Shown here: one piece after another, positions 46,736 to 61,772 of the stretch | How positions within the stretch are numbered: position 1 is the stretch's first letter | How the letters are laid out: each line of letters opens with the position of its first letter | Assembly: GCA_037379345.1 (NCBI GenBank) | Contig: CM074524.1 | Location: 11,524,885-11,588,884, forward strand | Length of the DNA: 64,000 bases | Source: Perna viridis | Taxonomy: Eukaryota | Reading direction: 5' to 3' | Position numbers and translations under genes: made by a program | The notes under the pieces: model-generated | What the model was told of the DNA's origin: nothing | Databases searched by the model: none | The model's input: the letters and a program-made list of their open reading frames with translations, nothing else

Positions 46736-48593
46736 ATGACGACGGAGGCGAATCAAGGTGGTAGTTTTGAGGATTTTATAACTTGTACCATTTGTTTAGA
46801 AACGTTTAAAGAACCTAAATATCTTGCATGTCTTCACACTTTCTGCCAGGCATTCAAGTGTCATTGGTAGAGAAGGCAAGGGATTCCGATGCCCCGTCTG
46901 TCGAAAGCAATTATCGGACTTTGATTTCATTGGAAAAAAATACCTGGGCCGACCAGTGACCAGATAATTATTTTATGGTTTCAATGTTGGACAAACGAGC
47001 GATTCCAAAAATCAGAAAAAGCTCTGTAATGCTTGCAATTTTAATGACGACAATGTCAAAGCCATATCCTGGTGCAGTATTTGTGAGGAGGCGTTGTGTG
47101 ATCATTGTGAGAAGTACCATCGTTCTTTTAAAATGACATCAAAACATAGTATTATATCTTTCACGGACATTAGAGAAAATGATAGTTCAAAACATCTGAA
47201 AACGTTGTGAAGAGCACCGTAATATAGCAGTAGAAGTATATTGCGTTGATCGTTCTAAACTCTACTGTACACTATGTGCCACATTGTGGCACAGAAAATG
47301 TGACAGCGTCATATCGATCGAGGCTGCAGCAGCCGGTATCAGAGATAAAACAGACACAAACGAGCTTTTGGAAATAATTGAAGAAGATGAAAATGTTCTT
47401 AGAAATATATACAAAATCGAAGTGAAAATTTGGCTAGCATTGAGACCGATTTCGACGAAATATCGACAAACATACACATAAAATATCTTGACACTATCGA
47501 AAATAGAATACAGAAAGAACTCATGAAGAAACTTTATCTGTAAAGTTGACTGATGACTTGAACACACTTACAACTGAACAAAACGCATTGGTGAAGTGGA
47601 AGTCCATGGGAGTATTTGAACACGGATCGGATCAGCAATGTCTAATCGCTGTAAATAAAATGAAAGAAGAGGTCAACTATCTGAATAAAGAAATCAGGAA
47701 TAATATGAAGGATGTGCGACATGTCAGTATAAAATTCACCGCAGAGGCAATTCTGACTCAGTTCACCAGCAAAGTAAAACTTTTGCGATCCTTGAAATTG
47801 TAGAGAACAAAATTAAAATTAAAATTAAAAGGGGAGAATTGCGCATGTGTGATACTGATTTTCATTCAGGTGAAATCAGATTACTACGTACTATCAATGT
47901 TTCCGAAAGGGAAAGAATCAGTGGGATATTTCTTTGTGATCAAATTATGTTTGCTGTATATAATACGAAGGAAATTGCGAAGTACTCCGATGGTGGTTAA
48001 CTCGTAACAAAATTAAATGTTACAAAAACGCCGTATGACATTGCAACAATCGAGGAGGCAAATGCTGCCGTATCGTCATACGGAATAGAGGTATACATAA
48101 TCGACGGTATTTATATGACTTTACTTAAGACATTACCACTACCTATTATACATTTCTATGGTGTCTACTACTATGGAAACAGTTAATTATTGGTTGTAAT
48201 TCAACAATGACTTGTGTTGATATGAATTCCCGAGCTAAAATAAAAATCCGTCACCACGGGAAAATTTTCTTTGTATCAACATCCGGCAAAAATGATTACA
48301 TCCACAGTGATGGTGCAAATTCTGTTTCTTGTGTTGTTGATGAAAGTAAGAAATTTACCTACACAAACCATGAGCTCAAGTACTCCGGGGTATCGACATT
48401 GATTATCGTGATAATATATATATTACTGGATATCAATCTGAAAACATTCATCAAATTACGTGTAAAGGGATATTGAGACGCACTATTCCTGTTGCAACTG
48501 TAGGTGTTACACAAACAAAACAAACGTTATAGTTATAGGTTTGTTGTCACATGTCTGAATACTGGAAAGGCTTCAATTTGTGAAATAGCATGA
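46736..48593 (+). pseudogene. Full-length TRIM pseudogene, paralog of 31915-33842
   Basis: MTTEANQGGSFEDFITCTICLETFKEPKYLACLHTFC... HRKCDSVISIEAAAAGIRDKTD... TGKASICEIA*. Collinear with the main gene but with many deletions, frameshifts and stops. Confidence 0.93.
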
Positions 48594-50249
48594 AGGTCGA
48601 AATTCTTGATACAACATTTCTGTAGTGATAACAATCTGTTTGCTTTAAATCCGTGTGTTCTAATCGGTGACAAATTTGATTTTTGGTGATTTTGAATGAC
48701 ATATATTTTGTTAAGCAATGATTGAAATCAACGATGAATAAAAGGTATATGTAGCAAGTCATTTTAATGGAATCTTGTCATCTTGTTTACAAATTATGAA
48801 TCAAACAATAACTGCCGGTCTTGTTTCAATTTCAATTGAATTGACATTGCTTAGAGTGGCAGCATGAAATTCAGAGGGCCCGCAAAGCAAAACTTGATTA
48901 TAACTTTGAGCTTGGTTTATGATTATAATCGATAGCATAAAATCAAGAGAGACCCCCTGACCACAATAATAAAAGAGAACGTTTTGAAAAATCGCAACTC
49001 AGTTTAATAAATACATGTAACATTCAAGCACGTTGTTCCTCCTGCCTTTATCTGTGAGGGACGAAAATGAATTATCCATTAATCCATTATTTAGGATTGT
49101 AGAAAATAAATGTGTGATGGAGAAGTAGGTTTATCAATGCTATAAGAAATTATATTTCAAATGACTACAAATTGTAACACAGTTTGCAAGTATAGACATA
49201 CATTATCTTTTATCCATACTGTATAAGTTCACAAATAAAATAAAAAAACAACCGAACTATCATAAACATAAACAAACATGCATCACAAAAAACTTTCTTT
49301 TTAGTCTTCCAATGGTTTATACAACCATGCCCTGTACTTTTAGCAGCTACATTTGTTTATTATTATTGTCAACGCGTTACCCACAGTAACTGCAAAGCAG
49401 CAAAAGAAATAAATTTGAAACACAATAAATACACCATCGTAAAAACTTTACATAACAGTAAATATTTACAGTGATCACCATAAAGTCTTCCATAAGTGTT
49501 AATACATTTTAATCAGCACTGAAATACCCCGACAAGAGCGAAGTAATACATATACATGGTAATAAAACGATGACATTTCTTCAAAGTAAACTAAAAAATC
49601 AGCAAAAGACACAGTAATAACCTATTTCTCCTGACTGTGGACATGTGCATGTCTGTGGTAGGGTTAAACTAGTTTTGTAAGGCCTTAACGTTTTACCCCC
49701 CCCCTTTCCTTTTAATGTAGTGTAAAAATAAACTGAAACAACAGATAAACACACAATATAAGATTCACTCAGTAATACATTAATTTTTTTCTTAACATAA
49801 TGCCTCAACATACAACACATAGACAAAATGAGATTTTTCCCAGTTACTGAAAGACAGCAAAAAATACCAAAGAAGGATAATACCATAAGTATTACCACCA
49901 TTACATATATTATCGGTCACTTCAATTCCAGTGGACTGGATAGTAGTAACGTCACGTACTAAAAAGGTAATATCACTAAAATACGACTTAGTTCTTACGT
50001 GGGATTGAAAATAGGTGTAGAATGTCTGTATTTGTGAAAACAAGATTCACCGAAAAACAATGATTTAAAAATCATATCCTTTACGAATAAATCTATCAAG
50101 GGCAGTTGATAAATCCATCGGATTTTGTTTTGAAAGTATGTGCTTTATAGACTTTATTTCAATAAAAATTGGGTGAGCAACACCATTTGAATTAAGAACC
50201 TGCTATACTATTGTATTTGTGTATTAAACTTTTGTTGCAATAGTGACAA

Positions 50250-50480
50250 AAACTTAGTAATTTTTTTTTATAAATTTGTGAAATCGGTTCCCTTTGTGCA
50301 AATGTTTTCGCCATGACTCTGTTGCGTTCATTAAAATCTGTAAATTTATGACAAATACGATAATACGGCACAATTGTGAACTGTAAATACGGTAGAAGGC
50401 TGTTTCGGGTATATCATAATCTATGAATGGAAAATTAACAATACGGAAATCAAAACCGTCTCTTTTTATAAATATTTGTA
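50250..50480 (-). mobile_element. Decayed Penelope-like element fragment, third family
   Basis: ORF 50254..50493 contains KRDGFDFRIVNFPFIDYDIP...IYSSQLCR, matching the KRDDF.F.IVNFP...IP...Y.SQL pattern. Confidence 0.65.
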
Positions 50481-51743
50481 TGAATGCTGCCATTTTCTAG
50501 TATCATATTTAAAACAAGGAAAGGCGTACGAGTACTGTTTATGTAAAACTTGGTCAACTTTACTTCTTGTGGGTAGATATCTTGAGCATAGTTTTGGACG
50601 TTACGATTATTTACGGCCAAAATATCATCATGATATTAAATTCCCGCAAAAATATCATGTTTGAAGGACAGAGGATAACCAGTTACCATGAGCATGGAAA
50701 TGTGTTTTCTATTTGTGGTCTCCTTTCATGATAAACAATTTTTTACGGTAATGTCGATTTTTTTTTATCTTTGTGTAAAAGTCCTTTGAGTTTAAGCCAA
50801 TTTACAAATATAATTGAAAACATAGAATTAAAATTAATAACATTAATTTCAATACTTAACAGAATGTCATGTGGCATTTTTCTTGGTGAATTTCTTTTAT
50901 TTAATATCCATACTATGAAATAAATTGAAAAGTATTCCATTGCTGTCAATCTCCTGTAAAAAAAAATCCCAAAAAAAATCGCAACAATCGAAAATCAATA
51001 TATCATCGTATCATCCAGTGATGCATAATCAAAGGTATAAACCTGCCGTTATTGCAAACATTTCCTCTCCTGTCTAAGATGTCTGCTACCATGGCAACAA
51101 CAAGTTATAGTTTGTGGCAGTTCCACATTGACGTGTGTTGGCATAAGTTCTAAATCTAAAAAGAAATGTCAATACATCAGGTCCGGACAATCATTTTTAC
51201 GTATCAACACCCAGAAACAAAGACTACATCAGTAGTAATGGTCGCAATTCACTTTCATAATGTTTTCAAGGGAACAAAAAATAATTACTTCACAATCAAT
51301 GAGATAAGATGTCCGAGATGTGTCTTCTCATTTAAATGGTACCAAGAAGCTTGTGATAACACTTACGTTATTGAGTTGTATGTAATATATGTGCCTCTAA
51401 CCCACCGAAAAATCGCTTAAATTGCATATTTTCCATATCAAAACCCCAAATGGCTTTTTGGTACGTGGATCACAATTGATATATTTTATTTACTTGAGGC
51501 GGTTTTTATAGTCAAAATTTAACAGAAAAACTATAAAAAAAAACTCAATTTATTTTAAGAATATACCTAACAAAATAAACATATTACATCAATCCCTAGA
51601 AAACAGATCTTAGTGCGATACAAAATACTCATATATAAATGACCCACACTCTCATTTTTGGCATTAATAATTAAAAAAAAAACGCTGTATCCAACATATC
51701 CGCTCCGGTTTTCGTTTTTGGGTAACATGTAATATCTCTTTGA

Positions 51744-52285
51744 AAGAGTAATCAAGGAAACCAAGGTTATAGTGGTAATCAAAAGTATGTAATCCAGGGA
51801 CAAAGACCAGACATGGAAAACAGATATACACAACAAAGAACATAAAGTAACTAAAATCATACCAGCAAAGTAACAAAAGCAAACGAGCAACTCGTATTCC
51901 ACTAAAAACTGGAAGCATGGACCAGGTGCACCGGTAGGGTAAGCGTCCTCTGCTTTTCTAGAAACACCCGCCCATAAAAAGTCAAGTCCAGGGTAGACAA
52001 ACGAGGAAAGGAAAACTATGAATCGTTGAATAAATCAGTTTTCATGGTGCAGATAGATACACCATAACGATCCACGAGTTCATGATGACGACCATAAACC
52101 GTCTGTAGTGATGACTTCAATTTTATAGCAACATAACCCTGTTCCAGAAGCTTATTGATTAGAGTTCTAGCGCGATACATAACGTCTGCGTAGTTTCGGC
52201 AAGCTCTGGCATAATGTATGAGTTGTGATATGAACACTCCATACGCAGGTGCTGAAGGGATGTTGCCACAGATGAAGAAGGGGGA
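51744..52285 (-). mobile_element. 3' end of a Penelope-like retroelement (post-RT coding tail plus 3' repeat); longest copy of the window's main repeat
   Basis: The minus strand encodes NIPSAPAYGVFISQLIHYARAC...KLLEQGY...GRHHELVDRY, which runs directly into the ~230-nt repeat gacgcttaccctaccggtgcacctggtcc...ttgattactctt. The clade call rests on recalled similarity, not a search. Confidence 0.75.
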
Positions 52286-54359
52286 ATTTTAAGAATTTAA
52301 TCGTTTTGGTTATTTTAGTTAAGTTACCGTTCTTCAATCAAGATTCTACTTAATACAATAAATATAATTCCTTTTCTTTCAAATGAGCCCAACCCTACCG
52401 GTACATTTTAGTTACTTTATGTTCTTTGTTGTGATTGTCTGTTTTCCATGTCTGGTACTTGTCACTGTATAACATTCTTTTGATTTCCACCTGAATCTTG
52501 GTTCCCTTGATTGCTCTTAAATTTGTTCAATGCCATAAAGGTGAAAGAACGATTATCCCTAGCCCGCTAAAATGTGTCTCAACATGAACAATATTTATCG
52601 TTTATAGCACATGTAAAACTTAATATCTTTCTGGCTAAATGATGAAGATGTGTATGAAAAAATCATATTGTCCGGTATGCATGCTTTATTTCACTACCTA
52701 AAAGACGACAAAAGTTTAGGAAAACTCAGATGTACAGATTATCAGTCATTTTACGAATGAATTGTACTTGTGTTTCAACAATCACAGCTCTAACGTGATA
52801 ACATATGCTTTCATTATTTGATAAACTTTAGGGTTTCTTGGAAGCAACTATTGCGAATGATTTACATACCTATACCCCATACAGGTCAACAAATGATTAC
52901 CTACCACGAAAGAGCTATTAGTTTTCAACGCAAGTTTTTTTTCATTCAATCAATTAAAATGCAGCCATAAGTCGTTTTAGTTAATTGGGATTTTTTTGTC
53001 AATATTTGCATAATCAAACTTTTTAGCAATTGTTTTTGAATGTAACCGTGCTCCTTGGAATGCCTTCATTTACATCGTAATACCAGAAGATACCGTCCTA
53101 TCTACTCAATTCTTAATAAATTGAAAATTAGTGTATTTATAACTTGAGTACATATTTCGCCAAAACATGTTTCTCTATTAGTATGGAGCGTGCCGCATAA
53201 CATTCACCATCTGCAATGACGACAATCCTGTCGATCGTCTTTTCAGGTGCAATCGAAAAGCAAATTCAATAAAATGGCGACGCCAATTTGCAGTAAGTCG
53301 CCATGCAAAATAGAAATAAAGATATCTAAAGTTCAAGATTTTGAAACACATATTTTTCATACAGTGAAGGGTCAATATATTTTTGAACTACAGTGTATTT
53401 TTTTAAATGCAGTTCTGTCAGCTTATTTCAAATTTTGATTTTGACAGGGGAGGCAACTGTGTTTGGAAGTGTAAATTCAATTTGGAAGCAATATATCTCT
53501 ATTGTCTTTTGACGCCTTACCTCTTGATATGACACAATAGTATAAGTACTATAAGCGTAATTTTAAACACATGCAGAAAAAGTGTAAGAACGCATTTTTT
53601 TTTCCAAATTCACGGCCAGTTTGTCTGGAATCAATTAATGTAAAAGAGATATCACATTAAACCATGCTACCAAAAATATCGAGTAAATCTCAATTACTCA
53701 CTTAAAATACATGAACTATTCAAGATGTTGCAGACGTCAAACATAAATGAGAGGTTAAGAGCAATAATAAATTTTTAATTGGTCTGAAAGGCTGAAATAA
53801 GCTGTTTTCATGCTTCACCTCATCATGAATAAAGATTATGCAAAAAACTTATTTGTAATACCTGGATTGGAAAAGATTGTGGATTTTATAGCGTATTTTA
53901 TTTTCTATAAAATAAAAATCCCTGGTTAAAGAGAAAAAAAACAGTTGTAATTTTTATACATATGATCTAGATTTAAATGTTAAATAATTCATTAATTGTA
54001 CATTAAAACAATGTATGTAAACTCCTGACAATTCTGAATAGTTTACGTTATCTTCCCTGTATCAATTTGATCCGATGGAGCAGTTTTGCGAATAGAGTCG
54101 TCACATTCTGAGACGTGGTATAATATTGATTTGCATATACACCCCCAACAGTAGAATATGACAGTTTAACTGATAGTAATTTCAAATTTTTGTAGAATAC
54201 AAATATTCAAATTGTAAAATATTGAATGATGTTAGCACCTCTTATCACCAGTATGTCACCAAATTTTATTTTATATCCAGCTTAAAATGTAGCTTTAACT
54301 TTAAATTTGGTAAAGAAAACACAGTGACGTGTGGTTGACATGGATTCAGAATATTGTCA

Positions 54360-55195
54360 GGTTGCATCCGTACCGTTGGGGTAGTGTCCAAGTGGGCTTA
54401 CATTCCTATTCATGAACTGATGTCCGAGTTTTGTTCATCCCTACCAATGGGTTGGTGTCCGAATTTGGTTACATCCCTACCGATGGGCTGTTACCCAAGT
54501 TTGATTAGATCCATACCAATTGCTTAGTGTCCAAGTGGGGGTGCCTTTCAATCTCTTGATTGGTATCAAAGTTTGGTAACATCAATACCAAAGGGCTTTT
54601 TGAGAGGGTTACATACCTACCAAGGGACTGGTGTCCGAGTTTTGTTAGTTATATCGCTATATCTTGGTTGATATCAAAATTTGGTTACATGGCTACAGAT
54701 GGACTGGTGTCTGAATTAGATTACATTAAGTTACATTCCTACCGATAGGTTTGTAACGGAGTTTGGTTACTACTTGGTGTCCATGTGGGGTTACATCCCT
54801 ATCTTTTGTCTGGTATCACAGTTTGGTTACATACCGACCAATGGACTGACGTCCAAGTTTTGCTATATCCATATCTATAGATTGATATCCAAGTTTGGTT
54901 ACATCCTAACCTATTTGATTAGTGTCTGAATAAGGTTACATTCCTACCGATAGACCGGTGTCCGAACGGAGTTTAGTCCAAGTTTGGTTACATCCATAAT
55001 GATGGGCTTGTGTCCGATTGGAGCTCCATTCCTACCGATGGACTAGTGTCCAAGTTTGGTTACATCCCTCCCGATGAGCTTGTGTCCGAGTAGGGTATAT
55101 TCCTACCAATTGGCTGATGTCTTAGAGAGATTACCTTCCTACCGATTGGCTGGCGTACGAATTTGATTACGTCCCTGCCGATGGGCTAATGTTTC
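54360..55195. repeat. Degenerate 36-bp minisatellite, roughly 22-23 units
   Basis: Consensus tggtgtccaagtttggttacatccctaccgatgggc, head-to-tail with no unique spacers. Confidence 0.9.
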
Positions 55196-58100
55196 GGTAA
55201 ACAAGCACATTGAAAATATGCTTCAAGGTCTTTGACATGTACAAGCTTTGCTATCCTAGTGAAAGGCTTGCGATATCTAGAATGGAACATAAAATCACAA
55301 TCAATCAATCAATTATGTAGAATGAAGTGATTCTTGCTATTCTGGTTAAATAAATTTCATATTTTAAATAAAAAGAACGTAGGAAATTGCTCAAAAGTAA
55401 ATTTACTGGTTGCAAACTGAGTATCAGTTTCAATTCATAATTCATTAACTTTATAAAATACATTATACTAACAAGCCATTAAGATGCTTACACAGCAGGA
55501 CTATAATTCGGTACAACCCACGACCAATGATAAATAATAAAGTACATAAATAAACGTACTTCAAATACATTTTATGATAAATGATTACCATTAGCTTTCT
55601 TTGCTTGTTATTCAGTGTTCATAAAGTTTGTCAATTACGAAAACAGTTGATCAGATTTTTAACCCTATCGGCACAAATTGGATACCACCCTTCTTCAATA
55701 AAACGTAATTTCACTAAGAAGTTGGTAAGTGCTGAAATGAACAAGATTGTCTCTTTTATATTCGTCAATTATCTACTTTTTCGTATATTAACACTAACAA
55801 CGTAAAGTATAAATAAAATTGATGCCTTGCTTTTTTCACTTTGAGAGCAATTAGTGACACTCTCGATGATAACGTTTACATTTTTAAACCTTTCAAACGA
55901 TCTTCTGAATAATTCTTACTTTGTAGAGAAAATCAAGCAGCGACTGGATTTCATTCCATGTCCCTTGGGGATTACGTGATCAAGCTAGCAATTTCAATTT
56001 GCGTTTATCGTGTTGTTTTTATCATTATATTTTATAAATAAACATGTCGTCTTTCATGTTATTTTTTTTTATTTTATGTTGTAGATATATATTTAGTTGT
56101 AGCAACATAATCAATGTTAGTGCACTGTTTAAATTTGAGTTATTTCCCTTCGTACCATTGTGAATTACGTATTTCAATTTTTCTGAATTTATCTTTATGT
56201 TCGTTATATGAATGTGGCCTTCAGCTTTTTCTCGTCTAATATGCTCATAATATTAAGCTCCGCACCAATTTCCGTGTTAATGACAGCTAAAAATATGACA
56301 AATGAAATATCCTACAAATAGTTCCAAATGTTATCATAGAAAATATGGTAATATTTACTGAAAAAAAGACAAATCCAAAAAGGCGACCTCGTAAAAAATG
56401 GCGACCGGATACAAAATTGCGGCCGAATAAAAAATGACGGTCGGATAAAGCTGAAATTCCTGTTGCATGAGCACAAATTCATTCGATCTATTATTGGAAA
56501 AAGATTATTGATAATATAAAAGCATAAAAAGATCCACATTTCCTTAAATAGTGCCCAACCTTGCTTTTGAAGAATCTTGTGTTATATGCATGTATATATG
56601 ACACTACATTGAATTGTAATTGAATAATACCTTAATATAAAAAGAACTTTCAAGGGTGTAACAGTGGCGAACCTAGGGGGTTGTTCCGGGGGTCGAAACC
56701 CACCTTGTTTTTGTCAAAACTATTGTGAATTTAGCGAAAATCTTTTAGAAAAATAAGTAAATTACATTTTATATATTGAAAATATAAATAATGTGTTTTA
56801 TTTTTTTTTCTGTTTTGAATTTCTGATTGATCATTTTCCATTAATTGAATGAAATGTTGCATGTTGCTCATACAAGTACTGTGGAATTTATTGTTGTTGG
56901 GTATGTAAGCCTCGTCATATGACTCCGTGATTTCACGAGGATGAGTCTAAATCTACCATTCAAATACATAGATACTTTATTATCATTTACAGAGTGTTAA
57001 TTTCAGTATTTCTCTTTTAGGTGTTTAATACATCTTATCCAATTTAAATTATGAAACCGTAGTATGGTTTGTTTAATTTCATAACGTTTAAAAAGGATAC
57101 ATTATTAATCATTTCATCTTTAAATATTCATTTTGTTTCTACCTATATACATCAATAGAAATATTGATTGAGTGACATTTTTTCATTGTCGGAAAAGGAT
57201 AAAACATTAATTAATTCAATTTGTAACACATTTTGTTTATTCATTTACCGCGAAAAGAATTAAAATGAAAAAAAGGAATTCAAAGCAATTCATTTTACAT
57301 TCGAATATATTTTTTTATGATTACTTACAGCGTTTGAAAGGTTTTTCAGTTACCAAAATGATTACATTAATTCATTTCACCATGTACTACTTAATTTGAA
57401 CCGTGTGTTTCAGGTGAAGAAAAGTAGTCTTTACGACCCGTTGTTGTCATTAGCACAACCAAGATTACTCTGCTACTATGCCTGCTATGTAAGTAATTCC
57501 TTTTTTTCTCGTGGAAGGTTACATTTGGCGATAATATGTATTATACTTTTCATAACATTATGGAAACTACAACTCATTGGATTGGGAGCTATGACAAAAT
57601 CGTATTGATTTTACTTGTGGGAATCTGTAAATCTTTTATTTTTTTACTCTGATAAAAAAAGAAAAAGATGCAAGGCGTAACTTTATAACTAAATCAGTCA
57701 AATAATCAATGTGAACATAGAAATATCCTGACTCCAAATAAAATGAAAATTCTGGCTATGGTAGATGTGATTCATGGTGTAGAAAAAACTTCCGATCATA
57801 CCATACTTTTCCGATATACATATACTATATTTTTATGTAACGGTAGTTCGTTATGTATTAAGATCTTTTTTCTTTTCCTTTTTTTTTCTTTTGAGAAACC
57901 TATACATTTACTCCCCTCAAATCAACCAAATATACATTTTTTTTTGCAAAATGCTTATTGCATTCATCTATATGATCCTTTATTCTTAAGAACATCAACT
58001 GAATCACAAACTAAGACAGACAATGTCTTGAATAAAAACTTAAAATGAATTCTGTGGGTTTTGGACATTCGTGAATCACTTCCTGTCCGAAGACAGCTAC

Positions 58101-61100
58101 TTAAAAATGAATTGCTACTTCTTTCACCGAGTTTACCCGAAGAAGGAAATTACTGGATTGAGAATCAAGACCATGCCTAAAACATATATATCCAAAAAGC
58201 AAATAATGCAATCGCGCTTAGATATATGCACAGAAACAAGCAACAAGTATTTGTCTTGCAGTGAATAATGGTTCGATTCAAATTATAGAAGGATTCTTAA
58301 TAAAGAGGACATGATTATACAGAATTTTATTTTGAAATTATTCATGTTCAAATTACTCGCCCATGCTGAGTACATACTGGTCTTATTAAGAAGTAGTCTT
58401 TGTAAACATCATGCTAATTCTATGTGATACACCCCGTGAAAGGCTTCATATTTATATTTTTTGTTATTACGTTGCGTTAAAGGTCTACATTATGAAGTAC
58501 GTAATTATTTATTCCAATCTGTCTGCTCTTAGGAGATAATCTACATCGAAAATTAATTCAGTTTCTATTGTATTTTAGTGTCATTTACAGACTTATCTCC
58601 CTTATTTTTGAATTATATAGTTCTATAACAAGCAACATGTCAATATCTGTTTACCATAACATTTTAAACAAAATATCAAAAATAAAAGTATGTAGGCTTT
58701 CCAACCATCAACCCCATTTTATAATTCTTAGCTGGAGTACTAGTTAATACCATGGACGTAAGTTACCAAACAGAGTATTTGCAATGTAAGTTTAGCCTAA
58801 ATAGAAACTCGAAGTTTCCTTTATTAAATGTGTTAAAAATCGACATTATTTTCACTGTTAACTGTATTGATCATAATTGCCCTTACTTATGTTGTTCTGA
58901 ATGTGGTTTACGTGAATGTGTTACATAAAGAATAGTCCCTTAATGCCTTTGAGCTCCTACTTAGCAGCTAACGCAATATTACGTATATAGATAATGCATT
59001 TGGTAAATGAATTTTTTGTACTATTTATTTTCTCCAGATATTTTCTGTATCATTCAAGGTTACCATGTCATTTGCATCATACTTGCCATTATTTGAACCA
59101 TTCATGTCTAATGTCGTCTGCGGCAGCACGTGCATTCAATCGCCATGGAATCTGTGACATTTTCGTTGACGTCATCAAGGTAACATAAAGATCATGATCA
59201 TTAATAATTTTGCCTGACGTATATTCGTCATTGCATCAAATTAAGAGATTTTGTAACACAGAATAGATGTATTTTATCCTCCTACACCAGAGCATAATGG
59301 GAAATCCTTTCTTTGTACTTTACTACATAAATGAGGGTAACAATAGATGAAACGGTCTCAATGATGTTTTCCGTTTTAAAGATCAAAACGAGAAAAACAG
59401 AGAGCTAATTTGTTCAATCTGTAACTTGTCGTAAAATCTACTGACGACCTATTGTTAATTGCTAGAACAAACTCGTTGAAAAAAGTTCGATGATAATACT
59501 TTGACATTAGTGTGTGTAAAATCTTATTTACGTTAAAAGCTCTCTCAATAAAACACCATAAAACTAAGCTCAGGATTTCGAACGACAGCAAAAACTACAC
59601 ATACCAGATAAAAGATCCCAAAAATATGCATGGGAACATCAGCTGACGGCAAACGTTAGACAATGAACAAGCGACAACCTAAGATTGGTTTGAATTGACT
59701 TTGGATTAATTGACCTAATCTTTAAAACTACCAAATGCCACAAAAAACTATTAATATGCAAATATGAAATAAAACACCATTTGGGATATTCTCTCCTTGA
59801 CTATTGCGAAACTCATACACCATAGTAAAAGACATCAATCTGAAGGTGATAAATAAATCATTTCCTATCTGGAGGTGGAAAAGGTGGTAATATATTTATG
59901 ATGTGTATCCCATATGGTTGTCGTAAAATAAGTAGATATCAATTTAATATTGTTTAGCCATGCATCATACTAGTATTTATACAATGCATGTTCTATCATT
60001 CTTACTGTATTATGAATGTCAAAAATAGAGGCAAATAATGACCTCTGTGACTTCAATACATGTGTTATGTAACTGAACCATGTTTAAGATAATGCCAGGT
60101 TATTACAATGCAACACAGACACTTAAAATATCCAGATGTATGTAGTCATTAGGCCAAAAACTAAATAGTCTTGTTTCGTGTAACCAGCGAAAAAGGAAAC
60201 AAGTTAGATAAGGAAATTATTTTACTTTTCAAAAATCATTTTACATGGAGACGATAGGGAAACAATCTACATTTTAACGGTTCTTGGGTCAAATTACCAT
60301 AAAATGTTTCAGGTAGGCAAAGAATAATAGAAGAGGTAACAGGAAACAGACATATTATTTGTTGGCTTTACCCGACAACTAACGCGTGTCTGTTACAAGC
60401 AGACGTCATCGATGAACTTTTGCTTTTAAATATTTATCTAAAATATGTGCAACAAAATTTGTAACTGTATTTCATTGCACTGTATACTTTTTCGAGCAAT
60501 TAAAGAATTTTTGGAAGAATTTCTGTATTCAAGTACCTCTACATTTTTTTTTTCATTCATCGCTGACGTCACAAATGAACTTTTCATTTAAGGTACTTTG
60601 TTATGGCTAATATCAATACGGTAATCAATTTGTCCACATAATGATTACCAATTTATAGAACTAATTAACAAAAATACACTCATTCGGTGTCTGTGAAACT
60701 TGAAATAACAGTGAGAATTTCAATTGTCTTGAATTTAAAATAGAAATCAGGGGTGTATTCAACCATATGGCTTATGATTACAAGTAACGAGGAAGTTCGT
60801 TTCAATTATAATGAAGTATTATCACTAATTAGCGTAGTACAAATTTAATTCTGATTTCACCTCAGCACTATACTATTCTTGTGTTGTTTATATTTTGTCT
60901 AAAAGCCACTTAGAATTACTTAAATGGCCAACAAACAAATGCAACATTAAATAAAAAAATAATCCATTAATTAGGTCTTGGACACATTATATGGTTCAGA
61001 ACACATTTTAATTATCACTTTTGTGTTCTCTTCATATTGATGGAATTCTGGTAAATGTAAAAAAAAAAGGTTGACCGTAAAAATTAAGATAATGACATAA

Positions 61101-61281
61101 TAACGATACATCCTTCGTTTAAAAAAAAATATAAGGATAAGTTACTTTAAGTCAATGTAATAAAATAATGCATATGTTTCAACCCTGGATTAAAGGATAA
61201 TCTGTGAAAACCAGACATCTGAAGTCTTTCATATCATTTCCAATATTTATTCAACCTGTATAAATAAAACACCTGTCTTCA

Positions 61282-61477
61282 GGAGGTAGACCTAGGGTGA
61301 GGGACATAACTCTTACCTATCATTGGAAAGTTTACATCAATCTCTTCTCAGCATCATAGGAACTTGGATTGATTTCATTCTATTTCAAATGAAAGCTTGA
61401 TAGGCTTTGGTGAAATTTAATATAATGCAAACATCACTGATTTCAAGAGTTATGTCCCTTGCACCAGGTCTACCTCC
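61282..61477. mobile_element. MITE family A copy
   Basis: ggaggtagacctagggtgagggacataactctt...aagagttatgtcccttgcaccaggtctacctcc. Confidence 0.88.
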
Positions 61478-61679
61478 TTATCCGAACAAATCTCTCCGTC
61501 AACAGAGTTCGATTTAGACTGTTTTTACTGTCAAACAATGTATCCCTGGGGTCTGTCTATCATTTTGTGGTATGAAGTTTTAAGTTAAGATAAATAAACC
61601 ATTTAAATGAAAAAAATTTTGAATATTCAAGGAAACAAAAATTGAGGTCGAATCTTCACCTGATGGGTATTTGACTGAC

Positions 61680-61772
61680 AAAGGGAGGATGTACATAACG
61701 TATTTGAGGTAAAAATATTTGTATAAAGGGAGGATATACATAACGTATTTGAGGTAAAAATATTTGTATAAA
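61680..61772. repeat. ~45-bp tandem duplication
   Basis: aaagggaggat(g/a)tacataacgtatttgaggtaaaaatatttgtata, two copies. Confidence 0.88.

Noticed and set aside
54360-55195. CRISPR-like 36-bp repeat array
   Set aside because: Units are head-to-tail and degenerate with no unique spacers, there are no cas genes, and the context is eukaryotic.
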